A DNA stretch of 64,000 nucleotides from Pseudomonadota bacterium (GTDB lineage Archaea; Thermoplasmatota; SW-10-69-26; JACQPN01; JAJPHT01): the NCBI GenBank assembly GCA_021325135.1, contig JAJPHT010000030.1:96001-160000 (forward strand), read 5' to 3'. The translations under genes and the position numbers were made by a program. Each line of letters begins with the position of its first letter. Position 1 is the first letter of the stretch. The notes under the pieces were generated by a model. That model was given only the letters and a program-made list of their open reading frames with translations. It ran no database searches and was not told the DNA's origin. This document shows, in pieces, positions 46,182 to 54,384 of the stretch.

Positions 46182-48653
46182 TCACGCGCCTCCCGCGCAC
46201 TGCGCTTGCAGGCTGGTCGCGTCTGCGGCCTGGCTGAGCGCGGCGCGCACGCCGACGAAGTTCGCGGGGTCCAAGGCGTGGGCCCAGCCCGTCTTGACGA
46301 GGCCCGCGACGGCATCGAGTCCCAAGGCGAGCTCGTGGACCGTGCCCGCGAGCGCGTGGGCGATGGGCGTGACGCCGGCGTTGACGCTCTTGAAGAAGTC
46401 CAAGGCGCCCGTGAGGCTCATCATGCTGATGCCTTGGTAGACGAGGCCCACGGCGAGCAAGCCCGCCACGGCCACGCCGACGCCCAAGGCGAGGGCGAAG
46501 GGGCCGCTCATGCTCAGGCGCCAGATGGCGAAGAGACACCCTCCACCCAGGACGAGGACGGAGAGAAGGAGGGCCCAGAGGGGGAGGCCCACGCCGTCGC
46601 TCAGGCCGGGCGTGACCATGATGAAGACGCCCAGGAGCGTCATGCTCAGGCTCGTGCCGCGGCTGACGAAGTAGGCCGGCACGCCCACGAAGAGGATGAC
46701 GCTGGCACCCACGGCGAAGGCGCCATTCGTGCCGACCCAGGCGCTGAAGGCCGTGAGCCACTCGCTGAGGATGTGGAGGCCCACGCTTCCGAGGCTGTCC
46801 GTGTTGACGCAATCGGGAAACCACGTGTTCGGGTCGATCACGTTCGTAATCTTCAGGTCAAACGGAATCGGCGAGTAGGAGGGGAGCGTCTGGTCGTTGG
46901 GGTTGCTCGTGGGGAAGGCCTGGTGGACCTGGTCCAGGAAGCCTTGCAGGCCCGTCTGCGTCGTGAAGCCCAAGGCGTTGATGCTGTTGATCACGCCGGT
47001 GGCGACGAGGTTGAGCATGGTCAGGCCGATGAGGTAGGCGCCATTGATGGCGAAGGCGGTGAAGCCGAAGACGATCCAGCCCGCGTACTGGAACGCGCCC
47101 AGGGGCAGGAAGAGGATACTGCCCAGGCCGATGGTGAGCAGGAGGATGAGGCGGATGGCTTTCCCGCTCTGGAAGAGGGCCTCCCAGAAGGTGGCCGCGA
47201 GGCCGTTGCGCGCCTTGACCTCGTGCGTGCGAAAGCTCAAGGCGCGCTTCGTGCCGGCGATCTCGCGCGCCTCGCGCACGTACCGGTGGCTCTCCGAGTC
47301 GCGCACCTGCTTGACCAAGGCGAAGGGGCGGCCCACGGTGTCGCGGAAGCTGGCCTTGAAATCCCCCCACAACTGGGTGAGCTTGCCCGGCACGCGGACG
47401 TGTTCGATCTGTCCCGAAGAGGGGCTGCGCACTTGTTGGGTGGTGGTGAGGAGGCCGCCCTTCCGCCGGCGGAAGGGATCCATGGCCTCGCCGAAGAGCT
47501 TCGGCGGGCGTCCCGGGCCTCGCTTGGCGTCTTGGCTGGGTGGGATGGGGAAATACTTGCGCAGGCGTTCGATTTTCTCCGCGCCCACGTGGCCTAGGCC
47601 CTTGAGCCGGTCTTCGTTGACGCGGCCGCTGCGCAAGTCCTCCAGCGTGATGCCGGCCTCGATCAGTCGGCGGACGCTCTTGTCCCCCAAGAGGCCGGGC
47701 TTGGCGAGGCTCCAGATGTCCTGGATGTCGGTCTCCAAGCTCTCGTTGAGCTTCTTGTCAACGCGTTGTCGAGCCGCGGCGTCGCGCTTGGGCTGCGCTG
47801 CGAGCAATTCTTCCTGCGTCATGCGCTTGGCCGCTTGGGCTGGAATTCCTTTCCAGGCGGCCACCGCGCGCAGGAACTCCTCCTTGGTGGCGAGCGTTTG
47901 GCCCGTGCGCGCCTCCCACTCCCGCCGCACCTCCGCGGGAACCTCGCCCAGGTAGGCGTTGTAGAAACGAGTCGCGCCTCCTTCTTGGCGGACCTCCTCG
48001 CGCTGCGCACCGCTCAAGAACGTCTCTTCGATGGCGCGCATGTCCACGCGGCCGGGGCGCACGCTGGCCTGCTGCATGAGGGCCGCCGCGAGGCGCTTCT
48101 TGTCCGCCTGCGAGAGCTCGCCCAAGAGCACGCCGCGCGCCTTGAGCCACTTCTGAAGGGCCGGGCCTGAGCGCCACGCTTCTCCCGCCTCGAGTCCCTC
48201 GAAGATTGCGTCGAGCGCGCGCTTCGATTCGGGGTTCGGGCTGATGATCTGGTAGGGGCTCTGGTTGTTGAGGCCGAAGAGGCCCTCGTCGCGGTGCTGC
48301 TTGGTGAGGCGGTATTTTTCGGGGACCCACTTGACGGGCTTGCCGATCATGAAGGCCGTCCAATCGACGCGATGACCATTCTGGTCGGTGACGTGCTCCC
48401 CGCGGCGGTAGCGCTCGGCGTAGGATTCGTCGAGGAAGAAGCGGGTCTCGTTGGTGACTGGATCGATGACGGCGGCGACGTTGCGGATGTCGATGCGGCC
48501 TGCAGCGCCGGGATCGTCGCGCGTGGCCGCGCGGAGTTGGGCTGCGACTTGGTCGGCGAGGGTGGGATCGTTCTTCCAGTCGGCGCGGTCGATCACGCTG
48601 GTGGCGTTGTCGTAGGCCACTTTCTTGGGCCCGCGCCGGCGGAAGAGGGGCAT
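46182..48653 (-). CDS. Large membrane protein, paralogue 1 (N-domain with HhH motif plus multi-TM region)
   Basis: 823 aa; HhH-like LKGLGHVGAEKIERL; LFLPLG..AGW..AFAIN block; several C-terminal TM segments. Confidence 0.85.
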   Translation of the reverse strand: MPLFRRRGPKKVAYDNATSVIDRADWKNDPTLADQVAAQLRAATRDDPGAAGRIDIRNVAAVIDPVTNETRFFLDESYAERYRRGEHVTDQNGHRVDWTAFMIGKPVKWVPEKYRLTKQHRDEGLFGLNNQSPYQIISPNPESKRALDAIFEGLEAGEAWRSGPALQKWLKARGVLLGELSQADKKRLAAALMQQASVRPGRVDMRAIEETFLSGAQREEVRQEGGATRFYNAYLGEVPAEVRREWEARTGQTLATKEEFLRAVAAWKGIPAQAAKRMTQEELLAAQPKRDAAARQRVDKKLNESLETDIQDIWSLAKPGLLGDKSVRRLIEAGITLEDLRSGRVNEDRLKGLGHVGAEKIERLRKYFPIPPSQDAKRGPGRPPKLFGEAMDPFRRRKGGLLTTTQQVRSPSSGQIEHVRVPGKLTQLWGDFKASFRDTVGRPFALVKQVRDSESHRYVREAREIAGTKRALSFRTHEVKARNGLAATFWEALFQSGKAIRLILLLTIGLGSILFLPLGAFQYAGWIVFGFTAFAINGAYLIGLTMLNLVATGVINSINALGFTTQTGLQGFLDQVHQAFPTSNPNDQTLPSYSPIPFDLKITNVIDPNTWFPDCVNTDSLGSVGLHILSEWLTAFSAWVGTNGAFAVGASVILFVGVPAYFVSRGTSLSMTLLGVFIMVTPGLSDGVGLPLWALLLSVLVLGGGCLFAIWRLSMSGPFALALGVGVAVAGLLAVGLVYQGISMMSLTGALDFFKSVNAGVTPIAHALAGTVHELALGLDAVAGLVKTGWAHALDPANFVGVRAALSQAADATSLQAQCAGGA

Positions 48654-48656
48654 GGC

Positions 48657-49274
48657 TCACCGCCTCTTGGGCGCGGTGCGTTTCGGTCTTGCGCGTCGGA
48701 GGTTCCCGTGCATCCACTTGCGGCCCGCGCGGGCGTGTGTGCGGAGGCGTTCGAGGTGGGGACGAGCGTGCTGCTTGGTGTGGTGCCAGAGCCACTTGCT
48801 GGCGCGGAACTCGTAGCAGGAGTCCGCACCCATCAGGAGCAGGCTCCAGAAGAGGCCGACGACGAAGCCCCAAATGACGAGCGTCAGGGTGCCCTTGGCC
48901 ATGGCCAATTCGAAGCTCAGGGCGAGGGCGACGGCGCTGAGGAAGAGCAGCGCGTAGGCGGTCGTGGTCTTGCTCCAGCGCGCATTGGGAGGGAGGTGGC
49001 GGGCGTGGGTTTCGTAGTAGGCCACGCAGAGGGCGGGCGTGGTCCAGAAGTACATCACGAGCCACACGGCTGGATTCCCAGGTTCGAGCAGGACGTGCCA
49101 GGCGCCCGCGCCCACGAAGATGAGCGTGATGAGGAGTCCGATGCGGACGCCCACGTGGAGGCGCCGGCGTTCTTCAGCGCGATGCGTCGTCTTGGCTCGC
49201 CAGGTGGTAAGCTCAGTGGGAATGAAGTGGCGCAGGAGCCCTTGGCGTGGCTGGGGCTTGGGTGAGTTGGCCAT
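48657..49274 (-). CDS. 4-TM membrane protein with basic termini
   Basis: Four hydrophobic segments; 3-nt gap to the next gene. Confidence 0.75.
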   Translation of the reverse strand: MANSPKPQPRQGLLRHFIPTELTTWRAKTTHRAEERRRLHVGVRIGLLITLIFVGAGAWHVLLEPGNPAVWLVMYFWTTPALCVAYYETHARHLPPNARWSKTTTAYALLFLSAVALALSFELAMAKGTLTLVIWGFVVGLFWSLLLMGADSCYEFRASKWLWHHTKQHARPHLERLRTHARAGRKWMHGNLRRARPKRTAPKRR

Positions 49275-49318
49275 GGGGAGGACCTCGGGCGTGCGCGGGA
49301 CGAATGAGAACAGGGGGT

Positions 49319-49346
49319 GCCCGCGAGGCGCGGAAGCCTCGCGGGC
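49319..49346 (-). terminator. Perfect 11-bp GC stem-loop (attenuator, terminator or mRNA stabiliser)
   Basis: GCCCGCGAGGC-6 nt-GCCTCGCGGGC, 9 nt after the stop of 49356-49658, followed on the - strand by a pyrimidine-rich tract. Confidence 0.6.
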
Positions 49347-49355
49347 GGGGTGTGT

Positions 49356-49658
49356 TCAGCCGGGGATGTTGCCGGCCTTGATGGCGCCGGTGACGAGGGC
49401 GAGGCCTGCGATGCCCCAGGCGGCCAGGTCGATCAGGGCGGCGGCCTTCTGGAAGGGATTGCCTGCCCATTCCCAGTCGATGATGGCGCTGTAGGCGAGG
49501 TAGTGCGTGTCCACGTACCAGCCCAGCATGAAGCCCAGGAGCACGGGGACTCCGAGGATCACGAGGAGGCCCGAGCGGCCCCAGTGGTTGGTCTTGCGGC
49601 TCATGACGAGGACGCCGAAGCCGGCGCCGATGATGATGCTGAAGATGGGGAAGAACAT
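49356..49658 (-). CDS. 100-aa, 3-TM hydrophobic protein (pilin- or matrix-like candidate)
   Basis: ATG 49658 with strong GAGGTGA SD; almost entirely hydrophobic and Gly-rich. Confidence 0.75.
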   Translation of the reverse strand: MFFPIFSIIIGAGFGVLVMSRKTNHWGRSGLLVILGVPVLLGFMLGWYVDTHYLAYSAIIDWEWAGNPFQKAAALIDLAAWGIAGLALVTGAIKAGNIPG

Positions 49659-49675
49659 CGTGTCACCTCGTTGGT

Positions 49676-50629
49676 TCACTCGTGCCGCACGCCTCCGCGT
49701 CGGCCAAGGATGGGGACGTGGCGCAGCCACGTGTGGGGGCCCACAAAGATCGCCAGCGCGATGACGACCGCGCTCGCGAGCATGTGGAGGGCGGGGATGC
49801 CGATCTTGTAGGTCCAGGCGCCTGGCGCGTTGGGGCTGGTGAGGTCTACGCTGAAGCGGACCGCGTCGGCCGCGTTGCCGCCGGTGCCTGCCTTGTAGCC
49901 CGTGATCTTGATGACGATGGGGTTGTCGTACGCGGGCTGGTAGGCCTTGCCGGCGGCGTCGGCGGCGCTCAGACTCTGGAAGCTCACCCCCGAAGTCCGC
50001 GTGTAGTTGCTCGCCAGCGCCGTGCCGTCGGTCTTGTCGAGGCCATCGAGGCTGACGATCGCGTCCGCTCCTTGGGCGAAGCCCACATGGAGGCCGAAGT
50101 CGGGCGAGGTGGGGCCGTGCCAGTCCGTGATGACGGGGGTCGCGTTGCCGGGCTTGTAGGCGTTGTACTGGCCCATGGCGTCCACCTTGAACGTGTACGC
50201 GGCGCCCGTGACGGTGTTGTCTTCGAGCTCGCCCACCGTGTGGTTGAGAATGAAGACGAGGCTCGTCGCGCTGCCCGGTGCCGTCTCGTTGGCGCCGCCC
50301 TGGCTCACGTTGGCGAGGGGCAAATCGGTGACAACGATGCCGTAAAAGGGCGCGCCATTGACGTTGGGCGCGTCGAAGATCGTGGTGTTGAGCCTGGAGG
50401 TGACGTCCACCTTGATGGGGACGCCTGTGGTATTCGTGCCGATGTACCAGGCTTGCTTGACGTCGCTGACGCGGACTGCGAGGTAGTCCCTCGTGGTGCC
50501 GGCGCTGGCGCTGTCGTTGTGGCCGTTGAAGATGGCCAGGACGGCCCAGGGCGAGAGGACCATCACGACGATGAGGATGGTGCTCATCAAGAGGGCGACT
50601 TCCTGGCGGGTGCGGGAGGATTCGATCAT
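49676..50629 (-). CDS. Surface protein with N- and C-terminal TM segments
   Basis: ATG 50629 with AGGAG upstream; beta-rich Thr/Asn-rich ectodomain with several sequons; apparently the first gene of the operon. Confidence 0.8.
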   Translation of the reverse strand: MIESSRTRQEVALLMSTILIVVMVLSPWAVLAIFNGHNDSASAGTTRDYLAVRVSDVKQAWYIGTNTTGVPIKVDVTSRLNTTIFDAPNVNGAPFYGIVVTDLPLANVSQGGANETAPGSATSLVFILNHTVGELEDNTVTGAAYTFKVDAMGQYNAYKPGNATPVITDWHGPTSPDFGLHVGFAQGADAIVSLDGLDKTDGTALASNYTRTSGVSFQSLSAADAAGKAYQPAYDNPIVIKITGYKAGTGGNAADAVRFSVDLTSPNAPGAWTYKIGIPALHMLASAVVIALAIFVGPHTWLRHVPILGRRGGVRHE

Positions 50630-51063
50630 TCGAGCGTGCTCCTGGGGGTCTTGGGCGCGTCCCGAGTCCCAGGCAGAGCCCGAGCTAGAGCCATGCCTCT
50701 TGCTCGGACCCCGCCTGGGGTCGGGACGGCCGCGACCGGTCACCCCCGCGGGGGGCCTGGCCTTGAGGCGCGTGCGCCACCGGACCACTCGGAGTCAGGC
50801 TCGTCGCCAGGCCCCTTGGGCCGGTCGTGGCAAGAAGACCCGACGGGCCTTCTCAACGGCCTGCTCCACGGTCTCCTAGATAAGTTGGTCGCCACTTTTT
50901 TCGAAGCGCACGGAATCGACGTCCCGGAACCACACGCGAAGCTCCCGCCCCCTGTGTCCCGTCCCCCGGGGGGATGCCCGTCGGTTTGTAGCCTCAGGTC
51001 CGTCAACGGAGGAGCGTCTCCGGTGGGGGCAGCCCGGTTGGCGATGGGCCGAGCATTTCAATT

Positions 51064-52482
51064 ATGACCGCGGGCGGTCCTGCAACGATGCAGGAGACTC
51101 GGACGTCGCAAAGGTGGACTTGGATCCTGGGGACCCGCCTGGGCGAGGGAGGTCAATCCGTCGCTCGCTTGGCGCGCCGAGAGGGCGACCAGGCCGAGCA
51201 TGTGCTCAAGGAGCCCCGTCGCAAGAAGGGTCATGCACCGGGCCGGGACGAGGCGCAGCAGTTGGCCCGCTTCCGCATCGAGGTGGACATCCTGAGGGCC
51301 CTCAACGCGGCTGGGTGCCCGAACATCGTCCGCGTGGTCGACTCGAATCTTCCGGATTCCAAGGACGAGTGGCCTTGGTACGTCATGCCACGCTACCGCG
51401 CGGGGGCGATGTGGAAGAAGGATCGTGACCCGGCCTACCTCGAGGTCTATGAGGGCGACATCGACCGCGTTCTCGAGATTGCGGAGGCCCTCTCCGACGT
51501 ACTCGTCTTCTTGCACGAAACCACGAGCGGCGCCCACCGCGACGTCAAGGCCGGCAACGTCTTCTTCGACACCAAGGGCGGAGCGCCCATCCTGGGCGAC
51601 TTCGGCCTCGCTCATGCCGGGGCGCAGCACGACGAGCATCTGACCGACCCGCGTGATTCCTTGGGGCCGGGCCGCTGGCGTCCGCCCGAGCTGCGTGTCG
51701 GCGGCGGCGCTCTGTGGCATCCAAATTCGGACGTCTACATGCTCGCCGGTCTCATCTACGAGGCCCTCTCAGGCGGCGACGCGTTCGACGAGGCCGAGCG
51801 CGCGAACGGCTCCTTCGCCCACGAGGCCCCCGAATGGAACCTGGCGCGCATCACGAACGACCCGCGTCTCCCATACGTGAACACGTTGCTGCGCAACATG
51901 TTCCGCCGAGACCCCATCCAGCGCCTTTCGAGCCGGGCAGCACGCGATGCCATCCGCAGCGTTCGCGCCTGGCGCCCCGGCGCGCCCCTCCCAACGACGG
52001 AGGATGCTGAGCAGCGCGCGCGAGACGCCGTCGCTACGTACTATGCATCTTCCCCCGCAGTCCGCGAGGAACGTCTCCGCTCTGAGCTGCTGGAGGTCTG
52101 TGCGCGCATCGATCGTGAGTATGGGCTGGGGAACTGGCAAGGTCCCGACCAGATCACGCGCATGGTCACGCGGAACACTGCCGATGGCCATGCCGTAGCC
52201 GCCGTTGAGGCGAACATGAAGGGTCTCCTCTGGGCGGCCGTCCGCGTTCTTGTAGGGTTCGAAGGCCACCCTTCGAGGCCCATGTTGATGTCGTACACGT
52301 TGTTCGGCCGCCGCGGCGACGAAGAGATCGTCGCCCACGTCGATGAGGAACAGGCTTGGCGCGTCCTCGCTCGGGGCGCACCGGGGTCGCCACAGCACGA
52401 AGACGTCCTTCGGCGGAGCGTGCGAGATGACCTTGAGCGGCTCACAAACGCGATGGCCGACCGAGTCCGCGAACTTCGATGA
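51064..52482 (+). CDS. Hanks-type Ser/Thr protein kinase with uncharacterised C-terminal domain
   Basis: LGEGGQSVA Gly-loop, VLK lysine, alphaC Glu (RFRIEV), HRDVKAGN, DFG, PPE and SDVYML. Confidence 0.92.
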   Translation: MTAGGPATMQETRTSQRWTWILGTRLGEGGQSVARLARREGDQAEHVLKEPRRKKGHAPGRDEAQQLARFRIEVDILRALNAAGCPNIVRVVDSNLPDSKDEWPWYVMPRYRAGAMWKKDRDPAYLEVYEGDIDRVLEIAEALSDVLVFLHETTSGAHRDVKAGNVFFDTKGGAPILGDFGLAHAGAQHDEHLTDPRDSLGPGRWRPPELRVGGGALWHPNSDVYMLAGLIYEALSGGDAFDEAERANGSFAHEAPEWNLARITNDPRLPYVNTLLRNMFRRDPIQRLSSRAARDAIRSVRAWRPGAPLPTTEDAEQRARDAVATYYASSPAVREERLRSELLEVCARIDREYGLGNWQGPDQITRMVTRNTADGHAVAAVEANMKGLLWAAVRVLVGFEGHPSRPMLMSYTLFGRRGDEEIVAHVDEEQAWRVLARGAPGSPQHEDVLRRSVRDDLERLTNAMADRVRELR

Positions 52483-52484
52483 GC

Positions 52485-53198
52485 CTATCCGCTTTGGCGA
52501 CTGCTTCGGCGCGTGCTGAGAATGCCGTGTGCGCGTTGGTGGGCAAAGCAGAGCGGAGTGAACACGCGCTCGACGCAGTAGCGATGGACGGGAGGATCGA
52601 GAAGACTCCCACATTCGCTGCAGCGCAGCTTGGGGTATGCTTCGAAATGCCCCTCACAGAGTAGAGGAGCCTCGGGAATCTCGCGGCGGGAGCGCTCGGC
52701 TTGCGCTTGACCGATGCGCTCTTCACACCAGGGCACCTCGCACTGGGGAGCCTCGACAGGGCTCGGCGTTGAAAGTCTGCGCCCCTTTGCCTGGTCGATC
52801 AGGACGCTCGCCTCCGCCTTGGAGAGCGTGGCCTTGTCGAGGATCTCGACGCCGAGGTTCTGGAGGAGACGCAGCTGGGGCGAGGTGGCGGGTTCGGCCG
52901 GGCCTTCCTTGGCCGCCCAGTGGTGGAGAGGCGTGAGGGTCAACGTGACCAGGAGGGCCACGACGTCCGGAGGGGCTTCGGGGGCGCAGCGATGGGCCGT
53001 CGCAACGACGTGGCGCGCGTGGAGGAGCCACTCCTGGAGTTCTCCGGCGGGCGGTACCTTGCCGCCGCGGTGCTTGTGGCGCAGCAGCGCGTCCAGGATG
53101 GCGCGTTGGACGGGCCAGGCTTCCGTGGGAAAAGCCTGCGTGCAGACGAGCCTCACCAGGGGGCAGGCGTACGTGTCGAGGTATTCTTGCTCATCCAT
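52485..53198 (-). CDS. Hypothetical protein with C-terminal Cys/His zinc-finger cluster
   Basis: ATSPQLRLL..LSKAEASVLID helical motif; CxxxxC, CxxH, CxxC, HxxC and CxxH. ATG sits 2 nt after the upstream stop. Confidence 0.7.
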   Translation of the reverse strand: MDEQEYLDTYACPLVRLVCTQAFPTEAWPVQRAILDALLRHKHRGGKVPPAGELQEWLLHARHVVATAHRCAPEAPPDVVALLVTLTLTPLHHWAAKEGPAEPATSPQLRLLQNLGVEILDKATLSKAEASVLIDQAKGRRLSTPSPVEAPQCEVPWCEERIGQAQAERSRREIPEAPLLCEGHFEAYPKLRCSECGSLLDPPVHRYCVERVFTPLCFAHQRAHGILSTRRSSRQSG

Positions 53199-53200
53199 GG

Positions 53201-53824
53201 TCAGCTCGCGGCTTGGCACCCATTATCCCCGGCGGCGACCCCCTCCAGAAGGGGTTGCGCCGGCGTGGCGGCTTCCGCCGGCGGAAGCCTGCCGCCTGAG
53301 GGATCTGCCGGTGGGGCGCTCTGGGTTGTCCAGAACATGCTCGTCATGGCGCTCAGCGTGGGCGCGACGATGACGTTCTTGTGCCCATGCTGGAGGGCCT
53401 CGACGTAGCCCATGCCCTTGAGATGGCGGACGAGGGCCGCGGCGGCGCGCGGCGTGCAGCCGAGACATTGGGCAAGCTGGGGGTGCAGGATGGGGTGCGC
53501 CATGTCGGCCTCGCACCAGAGCCTCCAGAAGACGGTCCAGCACCGGCGAAGGGAGTCGTCGTCGAGAACGCCAAGCGCCTTGTGGGGAAGATGCACGATG
53601 AGCCGAGTCCCGCGCCGGGTGGACTCGAGCCGCAAGTGGACGAGGCCCTTGTCTGCGAAGAGGTGGACTTCCCGTCGGACGTAGCCTGCATCAAGGCCCG
53701 AGACGTGGCTGAGCTCATCGATGGTGGCGCGGCCGCCATGGGCGCAGAGGACTTTCATGAGCACGACGCGGGCGCTGAGGGTCTTCGTATTCCGTTCAAA
53801 TGTGAGTTCCTTCCGCCATTCCAT
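53201..53824 (-). CDS. Tandem winged-helix DNA-binding protein
   Basis: ATIDELSHVSGLDAGYVRREVHLFADKGLV and QLAQCLGCTPRAAAALVRHLKGMGYV. Confidence 0.7.
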   Translation of the reverse strand: MEWRKELTFERNTKTLSARVVLMKVLCAHGGRATIDELSHVSGLDAGYVRREVHLFADKGLVHLRLESTRRGTRLIVHLPHKALGVLDDDSLRRCWTVFWRLWCEADMAHPILHPQLAQCLGCTPRAAAALVRHLKGMGYVEALQHGHKNVIVAPTLSAMTSMFWTTQSAPPADPSGGRLPPAEAATPAQPLLEGVAAGDNGCQAAS

Positions 53825-54371
53825 GGGAGTCACCTGGGAGCGTGGGTTTGGAGGGATTCGTGGGGGGAGCGTAGTGTTCGCGGGCGCGGGCGAGGACGGC
53901 GTGGCCGAAGGGCGTGAGGGTGTAGTGCTTGAGCGTCTCGCGCTCGACGATGCCGTGGTGGAGCAGGCTGCGCATGTTGGCGGCGACGCCAAAGAGGTGG
54001 GCGCGAATGAGCTGGGAGCTGCTGAACCAACCCCCAGCGCTGAGGAACGAGGCCACCTCGAGGAGGAAGAGTTGGGTCTTGCAGCCGATCTTCTCGCCCT
54101 TGGGGGTTGGGATGCTTTCCTTCTCGTCGCGCTCGCGCAGGCGCTTGTGGTATTGTTTGTCGATGAGCTTGCCGCAGGCGGGGCACGCGATGCGGCGATG
54201 GCGTAGGCTGTTGCGCCGCAAGTCCGGCGCCTCGAAGCGCTGCCAGCATCGGGGGCAGACCAAGAGCACGGGCCGAAGCTGCCAGTGCGCCGAGGCCGTC
54301 TGGATGATGGGTGCCGAGATGCGCGAGGCTGACCGACGATGCGGGAGCGCGGGAGCTGTTGCATCATGCAT
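53796..54371 (-). CDS. Zinc-ribbon plus winged-helix protein
   Basis: CPRC..CPAC ribbon; C-terminal MRSLLHHGIVER..YTLTPFG wing. Confidence 0.7.
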   Translation of the reverse strand: MHDATAPALPHRRSASRISAPIIQTASAHWQLRPVLLVCPRCWQRFEAPDLRRNSLRHRRIACPACGKLIDKQYHKRLRERDEKESIPTPKGEKIGCKTQLFLLEVASFLSAGGWFSSSQLIRAHLFGVAANMRSLLHHGIVERETLKHYTLTPFGHAVLARAREHYAPPTNPSKPTLPGDSHGMAEGTHI

Positions 54372-54384
54372 GTGGGGCCTCCGG

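Noticed and set aside
35006-50629. Assignment as a canonical T4SS, pleolipovirus or tailed provirus
   Set aside because: No Walker A ATPase, relaxase, capsid, portal or terminase motif was recognised in the window.
50700-50975. Short palindromes (GACCCC-4-GGGGTC, CCCCCGCGGGGG, CCCCCGGGGG) upstream of the operon
   Set aside because: Low-complexity GC palindromes are expected by chance at this GC content.
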